Positions 11,953 to 23,790 of a stretch of DNA of 64,000 nucleotides are shown in pieces. Origin of the DNA: Eledone cirrhosa (Eukaryota); contig OZ024744.1 of assembly GCA_964016885.1 (NCBI GenBank), forward strand, positions 2,728,001-2,792,000. Reading direction: 5' to 3'. A model generated the notes under the pieces. It was not told where the DNA came from, did not search any database, and saw only the letters and a list, made by a program, of their open reading frames with translations. The first letter of the stretch is position 1. Each line of letters opens with the position of its first letter. A program made the position numbers and the translations under genes.

Positions 11953-14900
11953 TTGGTGAAGAACGACGTTTTGTGGGTAGACAAGGTAGAGAAAGATAGC
12001 TTGGTGAAGAACGAAGTTTGGGGGAAGACAAGGTAGAGAAAGATAGCTTGGTGAAGAACGAAGTTTTGGGGAAGACAATGTAGAGAAAGATAGCTTGGTG
12101 AAGAACGAAGTTTTGGGGGAAGACAAGGTAGAGAAAGATAGCTTGGTGAAGAACGAAGTTTTGAGGGAAGACAAGGTAGAGAAAGATAGCTTGGTGAATA
12201 ACGAAGTTTTGGGAGAAGACAAGGTAGAGAAAGATAGCTTGGTGAAGAACGACGTTTTGAGGGAAGACAAGGTAGAGAAAGATAGCTTGGTGAAGAACGA
12301 AGTTTTGGGGGAAGACAAGGTAGAGAAAGATAGCTTGGTGAAGAACGAAGTTTTGGGGGAAGACAATGTAGAGAAAGATAGCTTGGTGAAGAACGAAGTT
12401 TTGGGGGAAGACAAGGTAGAGAAAGATAGCTTGGTGAAGAACGAAGTTTTGGGGAAGACAATGTAGAGAAAGATAGCTTGGTGAAGAACGAAGTTTTGGG
12501 GGAAGACAAGGTAGAGAAAGATAGCTTGGTGAATAACGAAGTTTTGGGAGAAGACAAGGTCGAGAAAGATAGCTTGGTGAAGAACGAAATTTTGAGGGAA
12601 GACAAGGTAGAGAAAGATAGCTTGGTGAAGAACGACGTTTTGGTGGAAGACAAGGTAGAGAAAGATAGCTTGGTGAAGAACGATGTTTTGGGGAAGACAA
12701 TGTAGAGAAAGATAGCTTGGTGAAGAACGAAGTTTAGGGGGAAGACAAGGTAGAGAAAGATAGCTTGGTGAAGAACGACGTTTTGAGGGAAGACACGGTA
12801 GAGAAAGATAGCTTGGTGAAGAACGACGTTTTGTGGGAAGACAAGGTAGAGAAAGATAGCTTGGTGAAGAACGAAGTTTTGGGGGAAGACAAGGTAGAGA
12901 AAGATAGCTTGGTGAAGAACGGAGTTTTGGGGGAAGACAAGGTAGAGAAAGATAGCTTGGTGAAGAACGAAGTTTTGGGGGAAGACAAGGTAGAGAAAGA
13001 TAGCTTGGAGACGAACGAATTTTTGCGGAAGACAATGTAGAGAAAGATAGCTTGGTGAAGAACGAAGTTTTGGGGAAGACAATGTAGAGAAAGATAGCTT
13101 GGTGAAGAACGAAGTTTTGGGGGAAGACAAGGTAGAGAAAGATAGCTTGGTGAAGAACGAAGTTTTGGGAGAAGACAAGGTAGAGAAAGATAGCTTGGTG
13201 AAGAACGAAGTTTTGAGGGAAGACAAGGTAGAGAAAGATAGCTTGGTGAAGAACGACGTTTTGAGGGAAGACAAGGTAGAGAAAGATAGCTTGGTGAAGA
13301 ACGACGTTTTGTGGGAAGACAAGGTAGAGAAAGATAGCTTGGTGAAGAACGAAGTTTTGGGGGAAGACAAAGTAGAGAAAGATAGCTTGGTGAATAACGA
13401 AATTTTGGGAGAAGACAAAGTCGAGAAAGATAGCTTGGTGAAGAACGAAATTTTGAGGGAAGACAAGGTAGAGAAAGATAGCTTGGTGAAGAACGACGTT
13501 TTGGTGGAAGACAAGGTAGAGAAAGATAGCTTGGTGAAGAACGATGTTTTGGGGAAGACAATGTAGAGAAAGATAGCTTGGTGAAGAACGAAGTTTTGGG
13601 GGAAGACAAGGTAGAGAAAGATAGCTTGGTGAAGAACGAAGTTTTGAGGGAAGACAAGGTAGAGAAAGATAGCTTGGTGAATAACGAAGTTTTGGGAGAA
13701 GACAAGGTAGAGAAAGATAGTTGTTGAAGAACGAAGTTTTGAGGGAAGACAAGGTAGAGAAAGATAGCTTGGTGAAGAACGACGTTTTGAGGGAAGACAA
13801 GGTAGAGAAAGATAGCTTGGTGAAGAACGACGTTTTGTGGGTAGACAAGGTAGAGAAAGATAGCTTGGTGAAGAACGAAGTTTTGGGGGAAGACAAGGTA
13901 GAGAAAGATAGCTTGGTGAAGAACGAAGTTTTGGGGAAGGCAATGTAGAGAAAGATAGCTTGGTGAAGAACGAAGTTTTGGGGGAAGACAAGGTAGAGAA
14001 AGATAGCTTGGTGAATAACGAACTTTGGGAGAAGACAAGGTCGAGAAAGATAGCTTGGTGAAGAACGAAATTTTGAGGGAAGACAAGGTAGAGAAAGATA
14101 GCTTGGTGAAGAACGACGTTTTGGTGGAAGACAAGGTAGAGAAAGATAGCTTGGTGAAGAACGATGTTTTGGGGAAGACAATGTAGAGAAAGATAGCTTG
14201 GTGAAGAACGAAGTTTAGGGGGAAGACAAGGTAGAGAAAGATAGCTTGGTGAAGAACGACGTTTTGAGGGAAGACACGGTAGAGAAAGATAGCTTGGTGA
14301 AGAACGACGTTTTGTGGGAAGACAAGGTAGAGAAAGATAGCTTGGTGAAGAACGAAGTTTTGGGGGAAGACAAGGTAGAGAAAGATAGCTTGGTGAAGAA
14401 CGGAGTTTTGGGGGAAGACAAGGTAGAGAAAGATAGCTTGGTGAAGAACGAAGTTTTGGGGGAAGACAAGGTAGAGAAAGATAGCTTGGAGACGAACGAA
14501 TTTTTGCGGAAGACAATGTAGAGAAAGATAGCTTGGTGAAGAACGAAGTTTTGGGGAAGACAATGTAGAGAAAGATAGCTTGGTGAAGAACGAAGTTTTG
14601 GGGGAAGACAAGGTAGAGAAAGATAGCTTGGTGAAGAACGAAGTTTTGGGAGAAGACAAGGTAGAGAAAGATAGCTTGGTGAAGAACGAAGTTTTGAGGG
14701 AAGACAAGGTAGAGAAAGATAGCTTGGTGAAGAACGACGTTTTGAGGGAAGACAAGGTAGAGAAAGATAGCTTGGTGAAGAACGACGTTTTGTGGGAAGA
14801 CAAGGTAGAGAAAGATAGCTTGGTGAAGAACGAAGTTTTGGGGGAAGACAAAGTAGAGAAAGATAGCTTGGTGAATAACGAAATTTTGGGAGAAGACAAG

Positions 14901-17304
14901 GTCGAGAAAGATAGCTTGGTGAAGAACGAAATTTTGAGGGAAGACAAGGTAGAGAAAGATAGCTTGGTGAAGAACGACGTTTTGGTGGAAGACAAGGTAG
15001 AGAAAGATAGCTTGGTGAAGAACGATGTTTTGGGGAAGACAATGTAGAGAAAGATAGCTTGGTGAAGAACGAAGTTTTGGGGGAAGACAAGGTAGAGAAA
15101 GATAGCTTGGTGAAGAACGAAGTTTTGAGGGAAGACAAGGTAGAGAAAGATAGCTTGGTGAATAACGAAGTTTTGGGAGAAGACAAGGTAGAGAAAGATA
15201 GTTGTTGAAGAACGAAGTTTTGAGGGAAGACAAGGTAGAGAAAGATAGCTTGGTGAAGAACGACGTTTTGAGGGAAGACAAGGTAGAGAAAGATAGCTTG
15301 GTGAAGAACGACGTTTTGTGGGTAGACAAGGTAGAGAAAGATAGCTTGGTGAAGAACGAAGTTTGGGGGAAGACAAGGTAGAGAAAGATAGCTTGGTGAA
15401 GAACGAAGTTTTGGGGAAGACAATGTAGAGAAAGATAGCTTGGTGAAGAACGAAGTTTTGGGGGAAGACAAGGTAGAGAAAGATAGCTTGGTGAAGAACG
15501 AAGTTTTGAGGGAAGACAAGGTAGAGAAAGATAGCTTGGTGAATAACGAAGTTTTGGGAGAAGACAAGGTAGAGAAAGATAGCTTGGTGAAGAACGACGT
15601 TTTGAGGGAAGACAAGGTAGAGAAAGATAGCTTGGTGAAGAACGAAGTTTTGGGGGAAGACAAGGTAGAGAAAGATAGCTTGGTGAAGAACGAAGTTTTG
15701 GGGGAAGACAATGTAGAGAAAGATAGCTTGGTGAAGAACGAAGTTTTGGGGGAAGACAAGGTAGAGAAAGATAGCTTGGTGAAGAACGAAGTTTAGGGGA
15801 AGACAATGTAGAGAAAGATAGCTTGGTGAAGAACGAAGTTTTGGGGGAAGACAAGGTAGAGAAAGATAGCTTGGTGAATAACGAAGTTTTGGGAGAAGAC
15901 AAGGTCGAGAAAGATAGCTTGGTGAAGAACGAAATTTTGAGGGAAGACAAGGTAGAGAAAGATAGCTTGGTGAAGAACGACGTTTTGGTGGAAGACAAGG
16001 TAGAGAAAGATAGCTTGGTGAAGAACGATGTTTTGGGGAAGACAATGTAGAGAAAGATAGCTTGGTGAAGAACGAAGTTTAGGGGGAAGACAAGGTAGAG
16101 AAAGATAGCTTGGTGAAGAACGACGTTTTGAGGGAAGACACGGTAGAGAAAGATAGCTTGGTGAAGAACGACGTTTTGTGGGAAGACAAGGTAGAGAAAG
16201 ATAGCTTGGTGAAGAACGAAGTTTTGGGGGAAGACAAGGTAGAGAAAGATAGCTTGGTGAAGAACGGAGTTTTGGGGGAAGACAAGGTAGAGAAAGATAG
16301 CTTGGTGAAGAACGAAGTTTTGGGGGAAGACAAGGTAGAGAAAGATAGCTTGGAGACGAACGAATTTTTGCGGAAGACAATGTAGAGAAAGATAGCTTGG
16401 TGAAGAACGAAGTTTTGGGGAAGACAATGTAGAGAAAGATAGCTTGGTGAAGAACGAAGTTTTGGGGGAAGACAAGGTAGAGAAAGATAGCTTGGTGAAG
16501 AACGAAGTTTTGGGAGAAGACAAGGTAGAGAAAGATAGCTTGGTGAAGAACGAAGTTTTGAGGGAAGACAAGGTAGAGAAAGATAGCTTGGTGAAGAACG
16601 ACGTTTTGAGGGAAGACAAGGTAGAGAAAGATAGCTTGGTGAAGAACGACGTTTTGTGGGAAGACAAGGTAGAGAAAGATAGCTTGGTGAAGAACGAAGT
16701 TTTGGGGGAAGACAAAGTAGAGAAAGATAGCTTGGTGAATAACGAAATTTTGGGAGAAGACAAAGTCGAGAAAGATAGCTTGGTGAAGAACGAAATTTTG
16801 AGGGAAGACAAGGTAGAGAAAGATAGCTTGGTGAAGAACGACGTTTTGGTGGAAGACAAGGTAGAGAAAGATAGCTTGGTGAAGAATGATGTTTTGGGGA
16901 AGACAATGTAGAGAAAGATAGCTTGGTGAAGAACGAAGTTTTGGGGGAAGACAAGGTAGAGAAAGATAGCTTGGTGAAGAACGAAGTTTTGAGGGAAGAC
17001 AAGGTAGAGAAAGATAGCTTGGTGAATAACGAAGTTTTGGGAGAAGACAAGGTAGAGAAAGATAGTTGTTGAAGAACGAAGTTTTGAGGGAAGACAAGGT
17101 AGAGAAAGATAGCTTGGTGAAGAACGACGTTTTGAGGGAAGACAAGGTAGAGAAAGATAGCTTGGTGAAGAACGACGTTTTGTGGGTAGACAAGGTAGAG
17201 AAAGATAGCTTGGTGAAGAACGAAGTTTTGGGGGAAGACAAGGTAGAGAAAGATAGCTTGGTGAAGAACGAAGTTTTGGGGAAGACAATGTAGAGAAAGA
17301 TAGC
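10615..17304. repeat. Tandem segmental duplication, period 3345 bp (70 monomers), itself made of related 1864- and 1481-bp sub-blocks
   Basis: Matching blocks at +3345: 10663/14008, 10901/14246, 12095/15440, 12478/15823, 12765/16110, 13721/17066. The GAGACG..TTGCGG marker monomer at 11141, 13005, 14486 and 16350 gives spacings 1864/1481/1864. Confidence 0.9.
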
Positions 17305-18546
17305 TTGGTGAAGAACGAAGTTTTGGGGGAAGACAAGGTAGAGAAAGATAGCTTGGTGAAGAACGAAGTTTTGAGGGAAGACAAGGTAGAGAAAGATAGC
17401 TTGGTGAATAACGAAGTTTTGGGAGAAGACAAGGTAGAGAAAGATAGCTTGGTGAAGAACGACGTTTTGAGGGAAGACAAGGTAGAGAAAGATAGCTTGG
17501 TGAAGAACGAAGTTTTGGGGGAAGACAAGGTAGAGAAAGATAGCTTGGTGAAGAACGAAGTTTTGGGGGAAGACAAGGTAGAGAAAGATAGCTTGGTGAA
17601 GAACGAAGTTTTGGGGGAAGACAAGGTAGAGAAAGATAGCTTGGTGAAGAACGAAGTTTTGGGGAAGACAATGTAGAGAAAGATAGCTTGGTGAAGAACG
17701 AAGTTTTGGGGGAAGACAATGTAGAGAAAGATAGCTTGGTGAATAACGAAGTTTTGGGAGAAGACAAGGTCGAGAAAGATAGCTTGGTGAAGAACGAAAT
17801 TTTGAGGGAAGACAAGGTAGAGAAAGATAGCTTGGTGAAGAACGACGTTTTGGTGGAAGACAAGGTAGAGAAAGATAGCTTGGTGAAGAACGATGTTTTG
17901 GGGAAGACAATGTAGAGAAAGATAGCTTGGTGAAGAACGAAGTTTTGGGGGAAGACAAGGTAGAGAAAGATAGCTTGGTGAAGAACGAAGTTTTGAGGGA
18001 AGACAAGGTAGAGAAAGATAGCTTGGTGAATAACGAAGTTTTGGGAGAAGACAAGGTAGAGAAAGATAGTTGGTGAAGAACGACATTTTGAGGGAAGACA
18101 AAGTAGAGAAAGATAGCTTGGTGAAGAACGACGTTTTGTGGGAAGACAAGGTAGAGAAAGATAGCTTGGTGAAGAACGAAGTTAGGGGGAAGACAAGGTA
18201 GAGAAAGATAGCTTGGTGAAGAACGAAGTTTTGGGGAAGACAATGTAGAGAAAGATAGCTTGGTGAAGAACGAAGTTTTGGGGGAAGACAAGGTAGAGAA
18301 AGATAGCTTGGTGAAGAACGAAGTTTTGAGGGAAGACAAGGTAGAGAAAGATAGCTTGGTGAATAACGAAGTTTTGGGAGAAGACAAGGTAGAGAAAGAT
18401 AGCTTGGTGAAGAACGACGTTTTGAGGGAAGACAAGGTAGAGAAAGATAGCTTGGTGAAGAACGAAGTTTTGTGGGAAGACAAGGTAGAGAAAGATAGCT
18501 TGGTGAAGAACGAAGTTTTGGGGAAGGCAATGTAGAGAAAGATAGC

Positions 18547-18785
18547 TTGGTGAAGAACGAAGTTTTGGGGGAAGACAAGGTAGAGAAAGATAGCTTGGTG
18601 AATAACGAAGTTTTGGGAGAAGACAAGGTCGAGAAAGATAGCTTGGTGAAGAACGAAATTTTGAGGGAAGACAAGGTAGAGAAAGATAGCTTGGTGAAGA
18701 ACGACGTTTTGGTGGAAGACAAGGTAGAGAAAGATAGCTTGGTGAAGAACGATGTTTTGGGGAAGACAATGTAGAGAAAGATAGC
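18547..18785. repeat. Representative copy of the 239-bp 5-monomer higher-order unit (recurs dozens of times across the window)
   Basis: Fixed order: consensus, AAT/GGA/GTCG, GAAATT/AGG, GAC/GTG, GAT/G4/AATG (47 bp). The same unit starts at 5644, 6362, 12478, 15823, 17688, 20267, 24041, 24949, 26001, 32357, 42435, 49747, 54813, 58875 and 62510, among others. Confidence 0.93.
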
Positions 18786-19931
18786 TTGGTGAAGAACGAA
18801 GTTTTGGGGGAAGACAAGGTAGAGAAAGATAGCTTGGTGAAGAACGAAGTTTTGAGGGAAGACAAGGTAGAGAAAGATAGCTTGGTGAATAACGAAGTTT
18901 TGGGAGAAGACAAGGTAGAGAAAGATAGTTGGTGAAGAACGAAGTTTTGAGGGAAGACAAGGTAGAGAAAGATAGCTTGGTGAAGAACGACGTTTTGAGG
19001 GAAGACAAGGTAGAGAAAGATAGCTTGGTGAAGAACGACGTTTTGTGGGAAGACAAGGTAGAGAAAGATAGCTTGGTGAAGAACGAAGTTTTGGGGGTAG
19101 ACAAGGTAGAGAAAGATAGCTTGGTGAAGAACGAAGTTTTGGGGAAGGCAATGTAGAGAAAGATAGATTGGTGAAGAACGAAGTTTTGGGGGAAGACAAG
19201 GTAGAGAAAGATAGCTTGGTGAAGAACGAAGTTTTGAGGGAAGACAAGGTAGAGAAAGATAGCTTGGTGAATAACGAAGTTTTGGGAGAAGACAAGGTAG
19301 AGAAAGATAGTTGGTGAAGAACGAAGTTTTGAGGGAAGACAAGGTAGAGAAAGATAGCTTGGTGAAGAACGACGTTTTGAGGGAAGACAAGGTAGAGAAA
19401 GATAGCTTGGTGAAGAACGACGTTTTGTGGGAAGACAAGGTAGAGAAAGATAGCTTGGTGAAGAACGAAGTTTTGGGGGAAGACAAGGTAGAGAAAGATA
19501 GCTTGGTGAAGAACGAAGTTTTGGGGAAGGCAATGTAGAGAAAGATAGATTGGTGAAGAACGAAGTTTTGGGGGAAGACAAGGTAGAGAAAGATAGCTTG
19601 GTGAAGAATGAAGTTTTGAGGGAAGACAAGGTAGAGAAAGATAGCTTGGTGAATAACGAAGTTTTGGGAGAAGACAAGGTAGAGAAAGATAGTTGGTGAA
19701 GAACGAAGTTTTGAGGGAAGACAAGGTAGAGAAAGATAGCTTGGTGAAGAACGACGTTTTGAGGGAAGACAAGGTAGAGAAAGATAGCTTGGTGAAGAAC
19801 GACGTTTTGTGGGAAGACAAGGTAGAGAAAGATAGCTTGGTGAAGAACGAAGTCTTGGGGGAAGACAAGGTAGAGAAAGATAGCTTGGTGAAGAACGAAG
19901 TTTTGGGGAAGACAAGGTAGAGAAAGATAGC
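18786..19931. repeat. Three tandem copies of a 382-bp 8-monomer higher-order repeat
   Basis: Order: consensus, AGG, AAT/GGA with terminal C deleted (47 bp), AGG, GAC/AGG, GAC/TGG, consensus, G4 short monomer (47 bp). ORF starts 18929, 19311 and 19693 are 382 apart. The same spacing occurs at 20840/21222, 21890/22272/22654, 32739/33121, 36274/36656/37038, 40095/40477, 41145/41527, 45682/46064 and 55195/55577. Confidence 0.93.
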
Positions 19932-22900
19932 TTGGTGAAGAACGAAGTTTTGAGGGAAGACAAGGTAGAGAAAGATAGCTTGGTGAATAACGAAGTTTTG
20001 GGAGAAGACAAGGTAGAGAAAGATAGCTTGGTGAAGAACGACGTTTTGAGGGAAGACAAGGTAGAGAAAGATAGCTTGGTGAAGAACGAAGTTTTGGGGG
20101 AATACAAGGTAGAGAAAGATAGCTTGGTGAAGAACGAAGTTTTGGGGGAAGACAAGGTAGAGAAAGATAGCTTGGTGAAGAACGAAGTTTTGGGGGAAGA
20201 CAAGGTAGAGAAAGATAGCTTGGTGAAGAACGAAGTTTTGGGGAATACAATGTAGAGAAAGATAGCTTGGTGAAGAACGAAGTTTTGGGGGAAGACAAGG
20301 TAGAGAAAGATAGCTTGGTGAATAACGAAGTTTTGGGAGAAGACAAGGTCGAGAAAGATAGCTTGGTGAAGAACAAAATTTTGAGGGAAGACAAGGTAGA
20401 GAAAGATAGCTTGGTGAAGAACGACGTTTTGGTGGAAGACAAGGTAGAGAAAGATAGCTTGGTGAAGAACGATGTTTTGGGGAAGACAATGTAGAGAAAG
20501 ATAGCTTGGTGAAGAACGAAGTTTTGGGGGAAGACAAGGTAGAGAAAGATAGCTTGGTGAAGAACGAAGTTTTGAGGGAAGACAAGGTAGAGAAAGATAG
20601 CTTGGTGAATAACGAAGTTTTGGGAGAAGACAAGGTAGAGAAAGATAGCTTGGTGAAGAACGAAGTTTTGGGGAAGACAATGTAGAGAAAGATAGCTTGG
20701 TGAAGAACGAAGTTTTGGGGGAAGACAAGGTAGAGAAAGATAGCTTGGTGAAGAACGAAGTTTTGAGGGAAGACAAGGTAGAGAAAGATAGCTTGGTGAA
20801 TAACGAAGTTTTGGGAGAAGACAAGGTAGAGAAAGATAGTTGGTGAAGAACGAAGTTTTGAGGGAAGACAAGGTAGAGAAAGATAGATTGGTGAAGAACG
20901 ACGTTTTGAGGGAAGACAAGGTAGAGAAAGATAGCTTGGTGAAGAACGACGTTTTGTGGGAAGACAAGGTAGAGAAAGATAGCTTGGTGAAGAACGAAGT
21001 TTTGGGGGTAGACAAGGTAGAGAAAGATAGCTTGGTGAAGAACGAAGTTTTGGGGAAGGCAATGTAGAGAAAGATAGATTGGTGAAGAACGAAGTTTTGG
21101 GGGAAGACAAGGTAGAGAAAGATAGCTTGGTGAAGAACGAAGTTTTGAGGGAAGACAAGGTAGAGAAAGATAGCTTGGTGAATAACGAAGTTTTGGGAGA
21201 AGACAAGGTAGAGAAAGATAGTTGGTGAAGAACGAAGTTTTGAGGGAAGACAAGGTAGAGAAAGATAGCTTGGTGAAGAACGACGTTTTGAGGGAAGACA
21301 AGGTAGAGAAAGATAGCTTGGTGAAGAACGACGTTTTGTGGGAAGACAAGGTAGAGAAAGATAGCTTGGTGAAGAACGAAGTTTTGGGGGAAGACAAGGT
21401 AGAGAAAGATAGCTTGGTGAAGAACGAAGTTTTGGGGAAGGCAATGTAGAGAAAGATAGCTTGGTGAAGAACGACGTTTTGGTGGAAGACAAGGTAGAGA
21501 AAGATAGCTTGGTGAAGAACGATGTTTTGGGGAAGACAATGTAGAGAAAGATAGCTTGGTGAAGAACGAAGTTTTGGGGGAAGACAAGGTAGAGAAAGAT
21601 AGCTTGGTGAAGAACGAAGTTTTGAGGGAAGACAAGGTAGAGAAAGATAGCTTGGTGAATAACGAAGTTTTGGGAGAAGACAAGGTAGAGAAAGATAGCT
21701 TGGTGAAGAACGAAGTTTTGGGGAAGACAATGTAGAGAAAGATAGCTTGGTGAAGAACGAAGTTTTGGGGGAAGACAAGGTAGAGAAAGATAGCTTGGTG
21801 AAGAACGAAGTTTTGAGGGAAGACAAGGTAGAGAAAGATAGCTTGGTGAATAACGAAGTTTTGGGAGAAGACAAGGTAGAGAAAGATAGTTGGTGAAGAA
21901 CGAAGTTTTGAGGGAAGACAAGGTAGAGAAAGATAGATTGGTGAAGAACGACGTTTTGAGGGAAGACAAGGTAGAGAAAGATAGCTTGGTGAAGAACGAC
22001 GTTTTGTGGGAAGACAAGGTAGAGAAAGATAGCTTGGTGAAGAACGAAGTTTTGGGGGTAGACAAGGTAGAGAAAGATAGCTTGGTGAAGAACGAAGTTT
22101 TGGGGAAGGCAATGTAGAGAAAGATAGATTGGTGAAGAACGAAGTTTTGGGGGAAGACAAGGTAGAGAAAGATAGCTTGGTGAAGAACGAAGTTTTGAGG
22201 GAAGACAAGGTAGAGAAAGATAGCTTGGTGAATAACGAAGTTTTGGGAGAAGACAAGGTAGAGAAAGATAGTTGGTGAAGAACGAAGTTTTGAGGGAAGA
22301 CAAGGTAGAGAAAGATAGCTTGGTGAAGAACGACGTTTTGAGGGAAGACAAGGTAGAGAAAGATAGCTTGGTGAAGAACGACGTTTTGTGGGAAGACAAG
22401 GTAGAGAAAGATAGCTTGGTGAAGAACGAAGTTTTGGGGGAAGACAAGGTAGAGAAAGATAGCTTGGTGAAGAACGAAGTTTTGGGGAAGGCAATGTAGA
22501 GAAAGATAGATTGGTGAAGAACGAAGTTTTGGGGGAAGACAAGGTAGAGAAAGATAGCTTGGTGAAGAATGAAGTTTTGAGGGAAGACAAGGTAGAGAAA
22601 GATAGCTTGGTGAATAACGAAGTTTTGGGAGAAGACAAGGTAGAGAAAGATAGTTGGTGAAGAACGAAGTTTTGAGGGAAGACAAGGTAGAGAAAGATAG
22701 CTTGGTGAAGAACGACGTTTTGAGGGAAGACAAGGTAGAGAAAGATAGCTTGGTGAAGAACGACGTTTTGTGGGAAGACAAGGTAGAGAAAGATAGCTTG
22801 GTGAAGAACGAAGTCTTGGGGGAAGACAAGGTAGAGAAAGATAGCTTGGTGAAGAACGAAGTTTTGGGGAAGACAAGGTAGAGAAAGATAGCTTGGTGAA

Positions 22901-23790
22901 GAACGAAGTTTTGAGGGAAGACAAGGTAGAGAAAGATAGCTTGGTGAATAACGAAGTTTTGGGAGAAGACAAGGTAGAGAAAGATAGCTTGGTGAAGAAC
23001 GACGTTTTGAGGGAAGACAAGGTAGAGAAAGATAGCTTGGTGAAGAACGAAGTTTTGGGGGAAGACAAGGTAGAGAAAGATAGCTTGGTGAAGAACGAAG
23101 TTTTGGGGGAAGACAAGGTAGAGAAAGATAGCTTGGTGAAGAACGAAGTTTTGGGGGAAGACAAGGTAGAGAAAGATAGCTTGGTGAAGAACGAAGTTTT
23201 GGGGAATACAATGTAGAGAAAGATAGCTTGGTGAAGAACGAAGTTTTGGGGGAAGACAAGGTAGAGAAAGATAGCTTGGTGAATAACGAAGTTTTGGGAG
23301 AAGACAAGGTCGAGAAAGATAGCTTGGTGAAGAACAAAATTTTGAGGGAAGACAAGGTAGAGAAAGATAGCTTGGTGAAGAACGACGTTTTGGTGGAAGA
23401 CAAGGTAGAGAAAGATAGCTTGGTGAAGAACGATGTTTTGAGGAAGACAATGTAGAGAAAGATAGCTTGGTGAAGAACGAAGTTTTGGGGGAAGACAAGG
23501 TAGAGAAAGATAGCTTGGTGAAGAACGAAGTTTTGAGGGAAGACAAGGTAGAGAAAGATAGCTTGGTGAATAACGAAGTTTTGGGAGAAGACAAGGTAGA
23601 GAAAGATAGCTTGGTGAAGAACGAAGTTTTGGGGAAGACAATGTAGAGAAAGATAGCTTGGTGAAGAACGAAGTTTTGGGGGAAGACAAGGTAGAGAAAG
23701 ATAGCTTGGTGAAGAACGAAGTTTTGAGGGAAGACAAGGTAGAGAAAGATAGCTTGGTGAATAACGAAGTTTTGGGAGAAGACAAGGTAG
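18786..23790. repeat. Nested duplication: 1911-bp duplication later expanded by an internal 1050-bp tandem duplication (20411-21460 / 21461-22510), net offset 2961 bp
   Basis: Offsets: 18929/20840 (+1911); 20411/21461, 20840/21890 and 21222/22272 (+1050); 19693/22654, 19932/22893 and 20267/23228 (+2961). Shared markers are GGGGTAGAC, AATGAAG, GTCTTG and AACAAAATT. Confidence 0.82.
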
